A DNA stretch of 64,000 nucleotides, taken from the NCBI RefSeq assembly GCF_964204645.1, contig NC_134031.1, positions 5,394,001 to 5,458,000 on the forward strand. The letters are read 5' to 3'. Below the pieces are notes generated by a model. It was given only the letters and a program-made list of their open reading frames with translations, was not told the DNA's origin and did not search any database. This document shows, piece after piece, positions 50,362-64,000 of this stretch (position 1 is its first letter; every line of letters begins with the position of its first letter). Source of the DNA: Tubulanus polymorphus (Eukaryota; Animalia; Nemertea). The position numbers and the translations under genes were made by a program.

Positions 50362-52193
50362 ACCTGGCATACAACTTTTTGATATTACATTCGTCGCATT
50401 TTTTCTCCATCTCTAGAACACGACTGATTCTGAATTCCCTTCGAAAAAGGTGGAATTGTTCCTCTGCTCCTGTAGGCAAAAGAAAAAAAACCGTCGAAAG
50501 AGCTTAAGGAGCAGCCATACTTCTGGCTTCAGTCTTAATATACTATGCAGTATTGTTCACAACTATAGGATGTTTTCATTATTTTAATTTACTTCTACGG
50601 GTCGTAAATGTAGTTAATTGGACACGACTGCCATTGAACCCTGTGTTTAATCGAAACGTTAGAGGTTTGAGCAGAACAGTAGCAATATGAAATCGGTAAT
50701 TAACGAGTTTAATATGAAGCGCAGTATATTCAGAGGATCTGGCGCGTTCAAAACGGATTGCTAAATTTCTATCAGCGTTGGAAATTTATTAGGCAGATAT
50801 CGTACTCGAATTTGATGGAGATTTCATGGACGAAAACCAGTGGAAAAAAATAATGAGAAGCAAGGCCCAGTTCGCTTATTTAAGTTAAGCTCCTAGAAAT
50901 TACCACCAAATGATGCTGATGCCCATATTATCTATACAATGATATGTAGACATATCTAGTTATAATGGTTATCAACGAACATGGCTGATAAACAACGTCA
51001 TTCAGACGATTTTCATAACTCATATCCAAAATTCATTTTGCTAATGTGTAGGCTTGATGCCCGTTCCTCGAGTGTCCAGCTTGCTTTCATTCCAATAGGT
51101 CGAGTGCTGGTGCCAATGCGAACCACGTTTTCTCTTCGTCTATCATCCAAAGATTCTCCAGATTTGCCGATATAAATGTTATTCGCGATAGACCAACAAC
51201 CATGAAATAATGTTTTTATTTGAAATGTATAAATGTAATGTATATTTCATTGCTGAAAATCTCATAACGATAAAGAATGGAAACATTGAAATACATCGAC
51301 TGTCAAAATATTTTTTCCGCCATCCATGGGTTTAAATTAAAAGTACAACGTTATTCAAATGATTCACGAAGAGGTGTATAGCCCGCTAGGGTTCTGTATT
51401 GGTGTCTAGACAAACCAAATTACACCGAACCCCACCTGGGCATCGTTTCAATAAGTAGCTTTGTATGTCTTTGATGGTATCTTTTTTGAGTGGAGGAAAA
51501 TGTGTGAGAAATTCAACCCTCTTAAAAACACATCTCTCCAAAAAGCCCTTCTCTAGAAAATTAACGCAATAAGTCGATGACCTCTAGCATGACAGTATTG
51601 AAATCGATATTAATAGTTATTATATGAATTAGTTTTTCACTTTAAATTTTCACGCATTATCATATATTCTGAAATGATCACAACTGCAACTATCTCGAAC
51701 TTCATTAACGTATAACCACAATTTTCCTCGATATTGATAAAAACATTTTCCCTAACAACCGCACAAGTACTATCGTTTTACGCCGTGATAGTCTTGACAC
51801 CGCGGAGATCCTCTGCTACTTTCGATCGCTGCATGTAAAATGACGAGAAATGTATCCAATCTGAAAGGTGTGGAAGATCCGAACGAGATTATTGAGGCTC
51901 GCGCGAGCGCCACACGAAAATGACGACAGTTCGCGCTCGCTAATATTTTCTGCGACAAGTTTGGGACACTATTCGATAAAGGTATAGCCTCTTATCTCGT
52001 AATTAAAACCAATGCATCGATAGAATATCGATTTTTCAATCAAGCCGCGTTTAATTAATCGCTAGCAGCGGTAGTTAATGGGCGATTGGAAATGTGACCC
52101 GTAGTTCTCTTGATTCGAACACTCGATTCACGCACAAACGATGATCGGTTGTCGATTACTGCAGTTATTTTGCTATTATTACAAATAACGACG

Positions 52194-55100
52194 ATGTTTA
52201 TTGGCGGTAAAATATCGGCGATTCGTCTGCCGGCGGCGGCGGTTTTTTATTTGACGCTGTTCATCGTTGTTCGTTGTTGTAGCGCGCTTTCTATCAACTC
52301 GATTAATTCGGTGGACAAAGATTTCATACTGAAACATGCCACGAAAACAGGTGAGTAAATCGTGATCGGAATTTCATATAAACACAATCGTTATTTCACA
52401 AATTACATTATTTTTATCAAATTTTCGGGGGGTAACAACCCCCTTCCTCAGGATAGTTTCATTTTTGTTCTATGTCAATCTTATGTTTATCTTTCAAGAG
52501 TTTTTAGTTTGGCTTCCACGAAAGAAAACATATAAAGATATTTTTCCTTATCTATTATTTACTTTTTCTATGAAATTCATTCTTTTTGTTTGTAAAGAAA
52601 AATATGAATATCTGTGTAAAGTTTTTAGTCTGAGTTCCATGAAAAAAATGCATGTACATATATTCGGTAAATACCCTTAAGATCGCCCGCGATCTCACAT
52701 GTTAAATATCTACCAAATATTTGTGAATATTTAGATACAACTTATGATAGTCATTCAAGATTATATACATTTGAATTACAAAAACAGAAAAACATACTCA
52801 GAATCTGGGTTGTAAAATTGCGCCGATTTATCTACCGTCGATAAAAACTGCTTTAAATGGTTTATTTATTGTATACGCGGAGAGCACGTATTTTCACCTA
52901 ATACATCAGAATATGTTGTCGATAAGAAAACGTATTCACAATTATTAGGCCTATACGGCTTATTTCATACCGGAATAAACGAATAGGCTTTTCATGGCTG
53001 GGCATAACACTGGCGGGATAAAACAAAGAACTTAGAAATTAGCAGCCGATGTATAACCATGATTAGAACGCACCAGTGGAACCTCGTTACAACGAACTCG
53101 GAAATAACGATTCGTCGGATATCACAAATATAGAATCGCGTGCCCGAGTAAGATGATTCAATTCATTTCATACTGGATATATCTATCGGTCATAACGAAC
53201 AGATTTTCTAGTGACCTGAAGTTCGTTGTATAAAGAGGTTCCACCAAATAATGTAGCACCGGCATGAAGCTGGGTGTGAAAAAATCAAGAACTGTCACAG
53301 CAATTTTGTTTTTAATGTGAAGATATGCGTTCCTTCGACAAGTGGAAGTTTATCCAAAGTGTTTTGATTAAAATACGAAGCTTGTTAATACAATAGTCCT
53401 ATTTCTGTTTGATCAAAAACAATATCTGCATCTACTAGTACTGCAGAAATTCTGTACTCAAATTGTCGCGCGTGTTGTCAATATGTTTGAAAACCGGTAA
53501 AATAAGATAGTTTTAAGGCGTCGCCGGGATTTTCAAAGGAGAAGAGGGTGCTCTGCTGGACATCGCTAAGGCCGATGAGTTGAATTACGGATTCTATAGA
53601 CTTGAAACAATTGCGGAGGCAGGAAAAAATTAATAAATGAAAAATATCATTTTTCTCAAAACATAATTGCTTTACTTTGGAGGTCGTTTTGGGTGATTGA
53701 ATAATACCAATTTTAATTTTTGCAATCGACGCTATTTACTGACCGAACCCGAGAAATATATCCATAAGAACAGCATTGTCCACCGCAATTTGTTATGTAT
53801 GATGTCTTAAGATGACGTGACAGTGTAAAAACATTATAAATATTTATTTCTATTTCCATATTTATGCATAAAGATAAGGGGCGACGGGAAAAAAAGAAAA
53901 AAGAAAAATTTTGTTTCATCTAGAATCGGAAGGTTTTTGCGGCGGATCCGTAATCCGACTAATGATGAAAAACGGCCTTGGAAGTTTTTTTACAACTAGT
54001 CTGATTTTCATGCATTTTTGGCGTTTTTAGGCACTTCTTAACCACCTCTCATCTACGTATCAAAATGTACCGTGTAGTTTGAAAAGTGCCTTTGAAAAAC
54101 TGAAAATAAATAATACGTAGGAAATTTACCCAAGGGGGCGCCCTATAGCACCCTATGAACCCTTCCCCCTCTGGATCCGCGCCTGATCAGGAGATGCGTG
54201 TCTTTTATCCCAAAAGCTTTACCTACTTGTAACAGAATATGCCACACGACTGTCGGAATACCAGTCTGTAAAGAGGTTCTGTTTAATAGACATAGAAAAC
54301 CAGCTATCATCGCAGCTACCGCGTTACGTACGCATTATCATTTCATGATTTTTGTATAGGATTAATCATTGTGTATATGAATGACTGTAAGTTCAGTATT
54401 TCGGAATTTGAAGGCAACGTCGACTTTCGAGCAAAAAACGAAGATTAGCAATATCTTGATAAACAACCCGGTCGGTATACCCAGTTTTCGGAAAGATTTC
54501 TTCAATTCTGGTTAAGGATCGATATCGTGGCGAAAATGGGCTATATTCTAGCGGTGTTCAAATGAAGGAAATTCTAAGTTTTATATCTGGTAAAGGAGCG
54601 ACAGGAATTAACGAGAATGTTAGCCGAGCACCGATTGGTAATAACTGTATTGATGTTGATAATATTGTGTCGGTCGGGAATTATTAGCAAGGCTGTGCCA
54701 TCGAAGTCCATGAAATCACAGGGTAATTATCAACAATTTCTGTAAAAAAAAGATGTTGGCGTATCAGAGAAAGTAACTACAATCTTATATTCGAAATTCA
54801 TACTGATAAATTCATGACATTCACAGGCTTCTTCCAGACTTAAAATATACGAAATTGACAAAATTTCGAGGTAGGGTACAATTGGTATTACAGACACGTA
54901 CAGCATACACGTTTCTGGTCTTTATATTATAGATTTGTACGTTAACGATAAATATCGCTGTACGGTATTTGAACAATTATCAATATTTTTAGTTGTGGCT
55001 GCTTTTAATGCATTTAAAGTCGATCTCAAATATTTACTTTGGCCAATGATATCATGTATGTTTTCGTTCAATTAAAGCTCGATTTTCGATAAGTCTACGC

Positions 55101-58100
55101 GTCGGGTAGAAGTGTATCCCGCAATATTTTTCTATCGAAATCTTAGATATCAATATTCAGGCGGAGCATAGCCTGACAATCCTCGGGGGCCGTGTTTAGG
55201 CCAACCACATGGTGGTGGAGAACGGTGTCATCTCCGATACTCCAAGCGAATCAAAAGTCGTAAATCAAACGAATTTTCACATTTTAGTCACAAACAAATT
55301 ATTCTACCTCGCAGTACCAAAATGCGGTGTAAAAGCCAGTTTTTGGATCTTCTAGTCCAAATCGTTGATCAGATCAAAGGATTTAGTTAGACAGCTGCAG
55401 ATACAATATACAACTCGTATATTTGATAACTTATGTACTTATCAGAGATAGGAATGATGGATTTCCTAAATAAATATGCACGATTGCTATGCATGTTATA
55501 GTCAAGTTAAACCTATAGTTCCCCCAATCCAGTCGCTTGCCGAATCAGGCTGGTCGGGAGATTGTTTGAATGAAGAAACGGAACCCAAGTTTCCAAGCAT
55601 GTATTTCGATTTAAACAAAAAGTTCTGTAAATTCGACCACCGAATTTCGGTCCCGTCAGATTTATTGAGGTTTGTAAGGGACACTAAATCAAATAAACCA
55701 ATAAATAAATCACATGGTCAATGCCTATTTCAAAATAGAGGAAAAAAACCATAGTCTTAGCTAGGTAATCTCTGCCAGCGTATACAAATACGGTGCGGGG
55801 TGGCCTAACATAATGTTCAGCAGTGATATATGAAATGGTACGTTGACATCGGCGCCGGAAACAACAGCGTTTAGCTACGTATATATCGCGATATTTATTA
55901 TGAAGGAAATATCAGATTTATTGAATTTCATATTAATTTGAACGTGTAGTAAACGGTCGCAATCGTCGAAGGTATTGTGCGCAGACGTTGGAAGCAGATA
56001 GGTTACCAGCACAGACTTAATTACCCCATTTGGAGTTCACTAGATTGTGTCATTAAGGGGCCCAGGAGGCTTCAATGTGAAGTAAAGAGCAGCATCGAGG
56101 TTGATTCAATTCTAAATGTGATTCCTGATATATGTATTTATATATTTATTACTATATTCATATATACACCACCAGTCCTATAATATTCCTATACCGATTT
56201 ATTACACGCGTTAAACAGTATTTCACACCCCGAATCGATAATTGATAGAATAAACCATTTTACAGTTGCTAGCGACCATTTTGTTAGGGTACTTATGTAT
56301 TGTTTGGTCATTTTTTTTCTATTTTTTAACAACATTTGCGACGCATGTTTTATCATTTTTCACCTGTCCCCGGATGGATTTTGACAGTTTTAGCAACATT
56401 TAAACGGCGTGAATCTCTAGTTTCCAGTTATGTGAAATTCGCTTCTCAAAACTGTTACAATGCGGCGTGGGAGCGATATTAAAACCAGTGGCCGATTTTT
56501 GCCACACGCGTATAAATTCAGGGTACTCAACAACATGAATGGGGCACTAACATATTGGATATTTGACGGTGCTAGTGCGAAAAATGTTGGGGGTCCCTCT
56601 TGCCTTGTCTTGTCCTGAATTGTAGTATTGACAGTAGTTATAACTTGGGGCTACTATAAATTGGGTATTTACTATGTATTACTTTTCAAAGAGGCAATCT
56701 CCGAGTCAGTAAATTGATGACGGGGTTGCCTGCGAGACCAAGTATGCCATCTTAGCCAGTCTGGCAGTATTTGGTGTGATGAAGCAATGGGTAAAATATT
56801 TTTGTGTCTAGAAATGCTAAACGTCTGGAACTCGATTCATACTCGGCCAACTCATACAAGTAGCCACTTATACCAATATTCCGATAGCCGGAGATAATCC
56901 CGCTCTCATAAATCAATAATATACGAACACACAGATGATAGACAGTTCCTCTTTACCCCAAAACCGATCTGAGAGATCCGTCGAAATTGAAAAAGAAATG
57001 CATATTTTCATGAATCGACACTCCTGGGGATCAGAAAGATCGCTAGTCGGGTTCACGTCATCTGTTCAATGCGTATGAAATGAAGCCAATTTCCGCCCGA
57101 ATATTCAAACAAGGTCGACTTTTGCTCCTTTAGATAAAAACCAGATCATTCAATACAGCGTTATTTCAGTATGCAAGTGTGATTTCCAGAAACAGATCTT
57201 TCGTTATCTATATTCCATACAAATATGATATCTCCAAAAAGCAAGCATCAAAAATAGTTTAAAAAAAGAGAAAAAAATGACCCAACAATACATGACAAAA
57301 GTACCCTAACAAAATGGCGGCTAGCAACTGTAAAATGGTTTAATAAACCATGGCTTAGCACGTTGAGTATATTTCAAACTTCTAAACTAATCGGACTCGC
57401 TGTAACCTTATATGAATTTGTATAGGTTTTATTAGATATCCATAGTGATAATCTTCAGTTTAAAGGCCATCTTCGGTTTCATTTATACTAAAGCTTGCAA
57501 ATCATTTTTGCGAAATTGAGATATCATCACGGTATCTTATAAATTGGTACACTTTCTGTGAAACTGAATAAGAGATTATCAAAAGATGAAGCACCGGTGG
57601 AAAAAAACGATAATCTTAAGAGCGGGGCGGATCCAAGGGACGGGTACAGGGGGTGCGCCTTATGCACCTCATTCTGCATCCATTCTCATCATTCCCGTAA
57701 AATACGAAGTTGCCCTGATATTTCATGGGATAATGAAAATATCGAACTGATACTTAACAAGTTTAAAAATGCATGTCCTCTGTATTTCCAGAAATGAATT
57801 AACGCTTCCCGATGAGCTTTTTTCAGGATGCCCTTTTAATCATATATTTACGTTTTTAGGGTGCAACCCCGCCGTGAGTCAGACCCTAGATCCGGCCCTG
57901 AAGCGTATATCTTAGGAGGCTGTGAGTTAAGTAATTAGAAAGGTTATCTTCGATATAAAATACATAAAAACATCTTGTCATAACTCTCAGATCCCTTCGG
58001 TTTTGTCGTATAAGTATAAAACGTATGCATAGGCGGTGTAATTATTATGTATTTTTGTGATGTAGGGTATCTCCGTTGTATCTCCGCCAGTCTCACACTG

Positions 58101-60331
58101 GTCTTATTTCCGTTTCGGTATCTGATACATCGGCAATTCTCATCATTCCATCAGAGATCTCTGTATAACCTCGCGCACAATCATAGAATAGCCCAGCAAT
58201 TCCCTTCCCTCGGTATGAAACCGAACTCTTTTGAGCGCGTTCAGAAAAAGGATCGATTCATACACACAAAACTTATGTCTTTCATTGACTAAAAGCTTTA
58301 CCGGTGCCGCTAAGATCTCATTGATTGGGGTCTGTGGCCTCCCATTAGTTTTATTTTCATGTCCAGAATCGCGAACTCCTGTTCTCTCTCTCTCTTTCAG
58401 ACCATGGTCAATTACATATCGTTTTTTACTATTAACTCAATTTGAAAATGTCTTTCATTGGCGCCCACTCTTAACACGCAATTATCAATTGTTTGATGAT
58501 AAGTCGAGCCGAAACACAATATCCGTGTTAGATGAATAAACGAGAGAAATCCCACAGTAATTCAACCAAAGATGAAAAGTTCTTGAAAAAGTTCGTCTTA
58601 CTTTAATCTGTATTCTACTCTCAACTTTTTAATCACTGTCAGTTCCATTATTTGATTCTTGTATAAATGTCCTGTAAATTTAGTCTGTGTTCAGTACGCC
58701 TGAAATATCCCCCCGGTAAAAATCCCACACGGAATATGTGTATTTCATATGATTTTTACCGGGGGATACTTATAGGGGGAAACTTAGGCTGAATTATGTA
58801 TTGTGGGATTTCTCTCGTATATTGATGATGATATTTCGAATCCTGCCCAGGATTTTGCCCAGTTTCACCTAAAGTGGTCCGCGTTACATATATATTCGTA
58901 TTCTTTTTGAAAATCTTCATATACTCTTATCATAATCCGGCCGGCTTCTTAGTCCGACAAAAACTTGATGATCTTTTGACTCACAAGGACTATTTGCACA
59001 CGACCCGCCTTTATGAGTGTAGACGATCTGCAGCGATAACTTCGTCGTTGTTTACTGATGCTATCGCGCGACGTTTAGACGATATTAGATCATCATTATC
59101 TTAAACAAACGCGAGATCGCCGTCGCTGGACACCTCACTGTGACTAAGGATAAGGATGTGGGTTATATCCTAGTCGAATCCAATAAACGAAAATGAAGTA
59201 AATTGATTTATGTTTGCTGCAGACTGTGGCTGGTTATTGTGCAAACGGTTTACGTTAGAAGAAAATACAGGTGCTCTGAGAGATGAGAAAATATTCTATA
59301 CGCTATCAGAGCGAATGTATTGATTGAAAATTCGATAGAGGACTTTAGTGAGAACTTGGATGTTGAATTCTTGCCGGTACTATGTTCATCATAATATAGC
59401 TACCCTATCGACAATATTTCTATTTTTCAGTATGTAATTTTGTATTAATTTATTTTGTTAATGTCTACTCTTGATTATGCGTCATAAGCACTGTAGTACA
59501 CGCTTTGATAGAGAAGAATTAACTATATTAGATAATGAAATATATCAACTTTTATTTTTCATATATGATTTCAGGAAAAATCCGAGCCTTTGTAACGTGT
59601 CGTAAAGAATGCATTCACAGATGCGATTTTCAGGTTTACAGAATCGACAACAATTCCATATATTGTCACGATTGCTTACGAGAATGCATGTACGCATTTC
59701 TGGACCAGGCGCTGCACCTCGGAGTCGATTTTGGTTAGTTTGCTGCTTTTACATTTTGATAGCGAATATGGAGATTGGCCTTTTCGTCAAGGGAAAACTA
59801 AAATTGTTTAGGCGGCGGTCCATAGGGGCGGATTCAGGGCAGACTTTGATAGGAGCACAATGAAATGAAAAGGGCATATATAGTGAAAATGGGCAAGTAT
59901 CCACGCAGCAAAAACAAGGGTCTGGAAAATTTTGATATTTCATTGCATTTTCATACAATTTCTAGGCACTTACGGGACATTTAAGAAAACATGAGCTAAA
60001 TCTTGCGCCGCGAACTGCTGTCTTATTAGTTGCGCGTGGAAAAAGTCATCTGAAAAATATTGCTATTGTATATGGGCACGGGAAAATTGCGACGGGTTCA
60101 CGTGCTTCTCGGGCTCTGGATCTGTACCCGGGGCCCAAGTCCGAAATGGGTTGATTGAAAATATAATCGTTGGAATGGGCTATAACATTGGAATGGGAAT
60201 TCATTTTCACAGGAGATAGACGTATTTGTATAAATGAAGCAGAGAGATCTTCAAAATCTTATCAACCCATGTACTTAAAACTTTCAGATCGCTCGAAACC
60301 GAAGAAGAAGGCGTACAAACGATACACTTAA
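52194..60331 (+). CDS. Candidate small secreted Cys-rich protein; exons 52194-52350 (or alternative 54617-54722), 59575-59733, 60213-60331
   Basis: Signal-peptide exon ends in a strong phase-1 donor (acag|gtgagt). A symmetric phase-1 exon encodes CRKECIHRC-x13-CHDCLREC. The final exon stays open in phase to TAA. Confidence 0.55.
53074..53246. mobile_element. Tc1/pogo-like MITE
   Basis: cagtggaacctcgttacaacgaact / agttcgttgtataaagaggttccac. Confidence 0.7.
56251..57342. mobile_element. ~1.1-kb non-autonomous DNA transposon with ~70-bp TIRs
   Basis: taaaccattttacagttgctagcgaccattttgttagggtactt / aagtaccctaacaaaatggcggctagcaactgtaaaatggttta. Confidence 0.85.
57623..57900. mobile_element. MITE, family B
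   Basis: cggggcggatcca ... tagatccggccctg. Confidence 0.65.
58540..58818. mobile_element. MITE with ~28-bp TIRs
   Basis: acgagagaaatcccacagtaattcaacc / ggctgaattatgtattgtgggatttctctcgt. Confidence 0.7.
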
Positions 60332-63119
60332 TTGTGAGGAAAAAACGCTAAGCCTGGGAATCGAGACTGAAGGCAGCAACCACGAGGAACCGAATTTTGA
60401 AGTGGAATGCAGTATCAAGCTTTTAAGCAGCAGTTCGGAGTTAACAATTTAATTCTGTTCTTTGAGATGCGTTTTTGAGTGTCGCGACGTGTTGAAATTA
60501 CTATGATAGGCTATAAGGAAGCCGATGCACTTATTTCATATCAAATTGACGTCCGAATATTCTGATGTATACTTGCACCCCTTTTGAAATCGCGAATAAA
60601 CGTGTCCGTTTTCTTTCCGATTGATGGCATTGTAATATGGTGGTGGTATATATAGTTGCAGGCATAAAACACGGATGACTAGAACGGATCGGGAAATTAG
60701 AACCGCAGCGGTATCGGCTGCGTTCAAAGGTCTAACCGTTTCTCCTCGAGCGTACTTCAATCGCCTCAGTCTTGCCAAACTTGACCCACACCAGACAAAT
60801 AGATTTTCGTGATTAGGTTTTGTGATGAAGAAACGAAACGAAAGCATATTTTGAGTCGACAATGTGCAATTAGTAGGCCTGTATTTCATGATATACAGGC
60901 TTGAAAATCGATACCTTTGTTAATCATTTGACTGAGCTGAGCTCAAAAAGTTCACCCGACCGGCCGTCTATCTACCCTGTACAACACTTTCTAAAATCAT
61001 CTTCAAGCTAGCCATGACTGACCCAGCAGTTATAGAAACGAACTGATTACTAATTTTATCGCGATTTACAAAATGACCCAGCCGATCCGATTAGGAGAAA
61101 CGAGGTATCATTTTTCAGGCTTAATACTCTCGATATTCCGTTAAGGGTTCAAAATTGAAAAATATGTCATCGAATTTTACCACCGCCTACAATCTGAGAT
61201 TTTGACATCTTTCAGAATGTCACCGATGAAGTTATTTCAAATGTTTTTATCGTTGTTTTCTATCTGTAATCGATGTCGTTGAATCGTTGTTGTTGAAGTC
61301 GTTTAAAACAGAATTTCTAAACGCCGAGATTCCTCCTTATAACAGATAGCAAAAGATTTAGAAAATAATAAATAAACTAGGAGACATTAATGAATTCCTT
61401 TAATTTGAGTTTTTTGTTTGTTTCTGTGGTGTCACAGTCGTTGAGACCATTGAACTGATTTTTCCCTTGGGGCTGTCAATAAAAGACGTCCAAGGTCGAG
61501 GGTTTGTGAACTTCGGACTTAAGTGGACAAAGGGAGGGGGTTATTTGGATGCGGACGTCCTGCTTAATTTTGATAAGCCAGAACAAATCATTTAGTGCAT
61601 TAAATGGATGATTACATCAATTTCGAATCAGAGGAGAAATAGTTCACATAATGTTTTCAAGATTATTTATGGAATGGCAAACTGTAGTCCAGAGTGTATA
61701 ATAAATGATTAAGTGAATAAAACAAAAATTTTTTTGCATGACTGGATATACAATGTCTTCGATTGCTTTTTGTCCGATGGACAAACAAGGGCGGATCCAG
61801 CCTACCGCTACAGACCGCTTGAGCGGTACTCACGATTTGAGAAGTGCCCTTCTATTTTTCAAGTTCTGGTAGAAGTAATGTAAAATGGCCAATTTGTATA
61901 ATCGAAAATGGGTGAACTTCTTACTTTTTATTAAAGATTTTTCTTAAAAATGTCATATTTTGTGGATGCAGAGATGCCCCAAATTGACTCATATTGCATC
62001 TCAGAGCCATAAAAATTCAAAATTTCCTATGACAATGTTCAGTGGACATGGGTAGGTCAGAAATGGAGGTCAGAATTTTGTATTTTGTGTGGACATCTCT
62101 TTGAAAAACGAAGCCAACGCGATTTTATGTAAAGATACAATAAGGATTTTATTGAACAACGAAACAACTTCTTAAATTACATCGTTATTATTAAAAATAA
62201 TCTACCTTTTTATTCATTAATCCATTCTATTACATGTATATTAATTACTTTAATTGATAATAATATGAACACGTTATCACATTATGATGTATTTACATAA
62301 TATATATACTTGTATATCCCAGTATGTTCATATTTACACTAATAACATCGAGTAAAACAAGTTTTTGTGACAGATGAAGCGAAGTCCATAACGAGTAAAG
62401 TAAAAAAAAATTCCATAACATAAACAGGGAGCCTCAAAGACGAGTAAAATTGAGTTTGTAAACGTGAGATAAAGTTATTAAAATCTAATAATCTACTGAG
62501 ACTAATCTATCAACTATAATTGTTAAATTCACTAAAAATATGAAATAGAAATGTTCATTTCCCTGCCAATTTTACCTGAAATTCTAAAAGCGTCCGAACA
62601 ACATACCTTAAATGATTGGTAAAAGCGATATATTCATAAATTACGATATCGCGATAATTTTCTTTCCAAACTTTTTCGCAAAGGATCTTTTCAACATTCA
62701 ATTTCAGAACAATAGTTCAGTAATAAATAAAAGCCATGCCGAGAGCATCTAGCTCAAGTTGAACTCAAGTTGGTTTAGTAGTCATCAGATAAGTTGTCAC
62801 TATTTTTGAGTCCCGATTTGTGTCTCTGAATCTAGAGTATCTAGTCCATTCACTAACAGCGAATATCGTCAGGTGGATAAGTCAACAATGATGGTCCCAG
62901 CTATGACAACTTAACTAATTCAACCATACATGAGTCATCAATTTAAAATTGAAAACCCACAATAATTAAGAACAATCCGCGAATGTATCTGAGCTCGCTT
63001 GGTCAGGTGCTTAGTTAAGTCACAATCATATACATTGTATCGTATAAATATAATAAAAGTTCTATCTATCAAAAGTTACAGTCAGTTATAGTTATACGTC
63101 AATAGTTATAACTTTATTC

Positions 63120-63495
63120 GAGATTTTTTTAATTTCAGATTCCAAGATGGCCACCAGTCAGCCATCTTCGATGACATCATGACCTATAGTTTGGTCATAT
63201 GATACTCCATTCCATTTCACATTCTCACATGAAAAATGAAAGCTCTTCGTGGAATATCATATCAGTTGATAGCCAAAATGTGCATATTCAGAATCCAAGA
63301 TGGCCACCAGTTGGCCATTTTGGATCTGATCACATGTACCACAAATATCAAACTCTTCTGAGATTTCATTGTCATACAAAATATATCTGAATTTGAAGAA
63401 GATTGGACAGAAATTGTGTTCTGCAGAGTGTTCACAAGAAACCTGGACGCACAAACGCCAGCACACCACTAAGGCGCAGGGGTACAGCATAAGCC
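63120..63495 (-). mobile_element. Possible DINE/HINE-like repeat remnant with internal direct repeats
   Basis: ttcaga(t/a)tccaagatggccaccagt..gccat repeated at ~63134 and ~63287. Layout resembles invertebrate Helentron-associated elements. Confidence 0.35.
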
Positions 63496-64000
63496 CTAAT
63501 GGCTATGAGAACTATTTTTTTCAAAATGGCGCACTACTATTGGCTTGAAAATCAAATGCTCATTTAGTCTTTCTTCATTATTGTGGGTTTTTTACTTCGT
63601 AATAGTATCGAACAGTGACATGTCTATGAAAACCAAAATGGGAAATCTAATTAAAAGGTAGCAAAGGGGATTTCAAAGAGATTTTAACAATAAAATAATT
63701 AGATACCGTAAACATTATGTATATATTCATGTATATTCACAATTATGTACAATTACGCTGTTAAATAATCCTTTTTTCATTTTCAACTGACTATTATCAA
63801 TCTCCGTAAAAATTAATTCTCAAATAAAAATTAACTACGCCGGCTTTTTTCTATGCAACAGACATCTTTAAAGTGTAATCTACCGGCAATAAGTATTTTG
63901 TAGTTTTATATTCGTTGTCCACGATACTTTATACATCGACGTAAAATTCTATCGTCGCCATCTTTTAATAATCTCCGCACGAACACCGGTAAAAGTTGAG

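Overview
AT-rich, intron-containing eukaryotic DNA, most likely from a marine invertebrate (lophotrochozoan-like, by inference). Genes reconstructed by hand from GT-AG splice sites: (1) a multi-exon TMC channel gene (+, ~288-12259) with a very long low-complexity C-terminal tail; (2) a 3-exon RING + NHL-repeat E3 ligase-like gene with no visible B-boxes (-); (3) an intronless divergent class A GPCR (-); (4) brambleberry (+, 12 exons); (5) MED27 (-, 7 exons); (6,7) two tandemly duplicated 2-exon class A GPCRs (+); (8) a candidate small secreted Cys-rich protein with two possible signal-peptide first exons (+, 52194-60331). There are many MITEs and tandem repeats. The most unusual region is an ~11.2 kb insertion (about 34252-45482) that splits the upstream region of GPCR copy 1 from its start codon. 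It has no long ORF. It carries minus-strand splice signals and an ~800-nt foldback whose mismatches become mostly G-U pairs on the minus strand. The loop of that foldback holds ~4.5 repeated three-way-junction modules with compensatory changes, making it a candidate structured non-coding RNA system carried by a mobile element.
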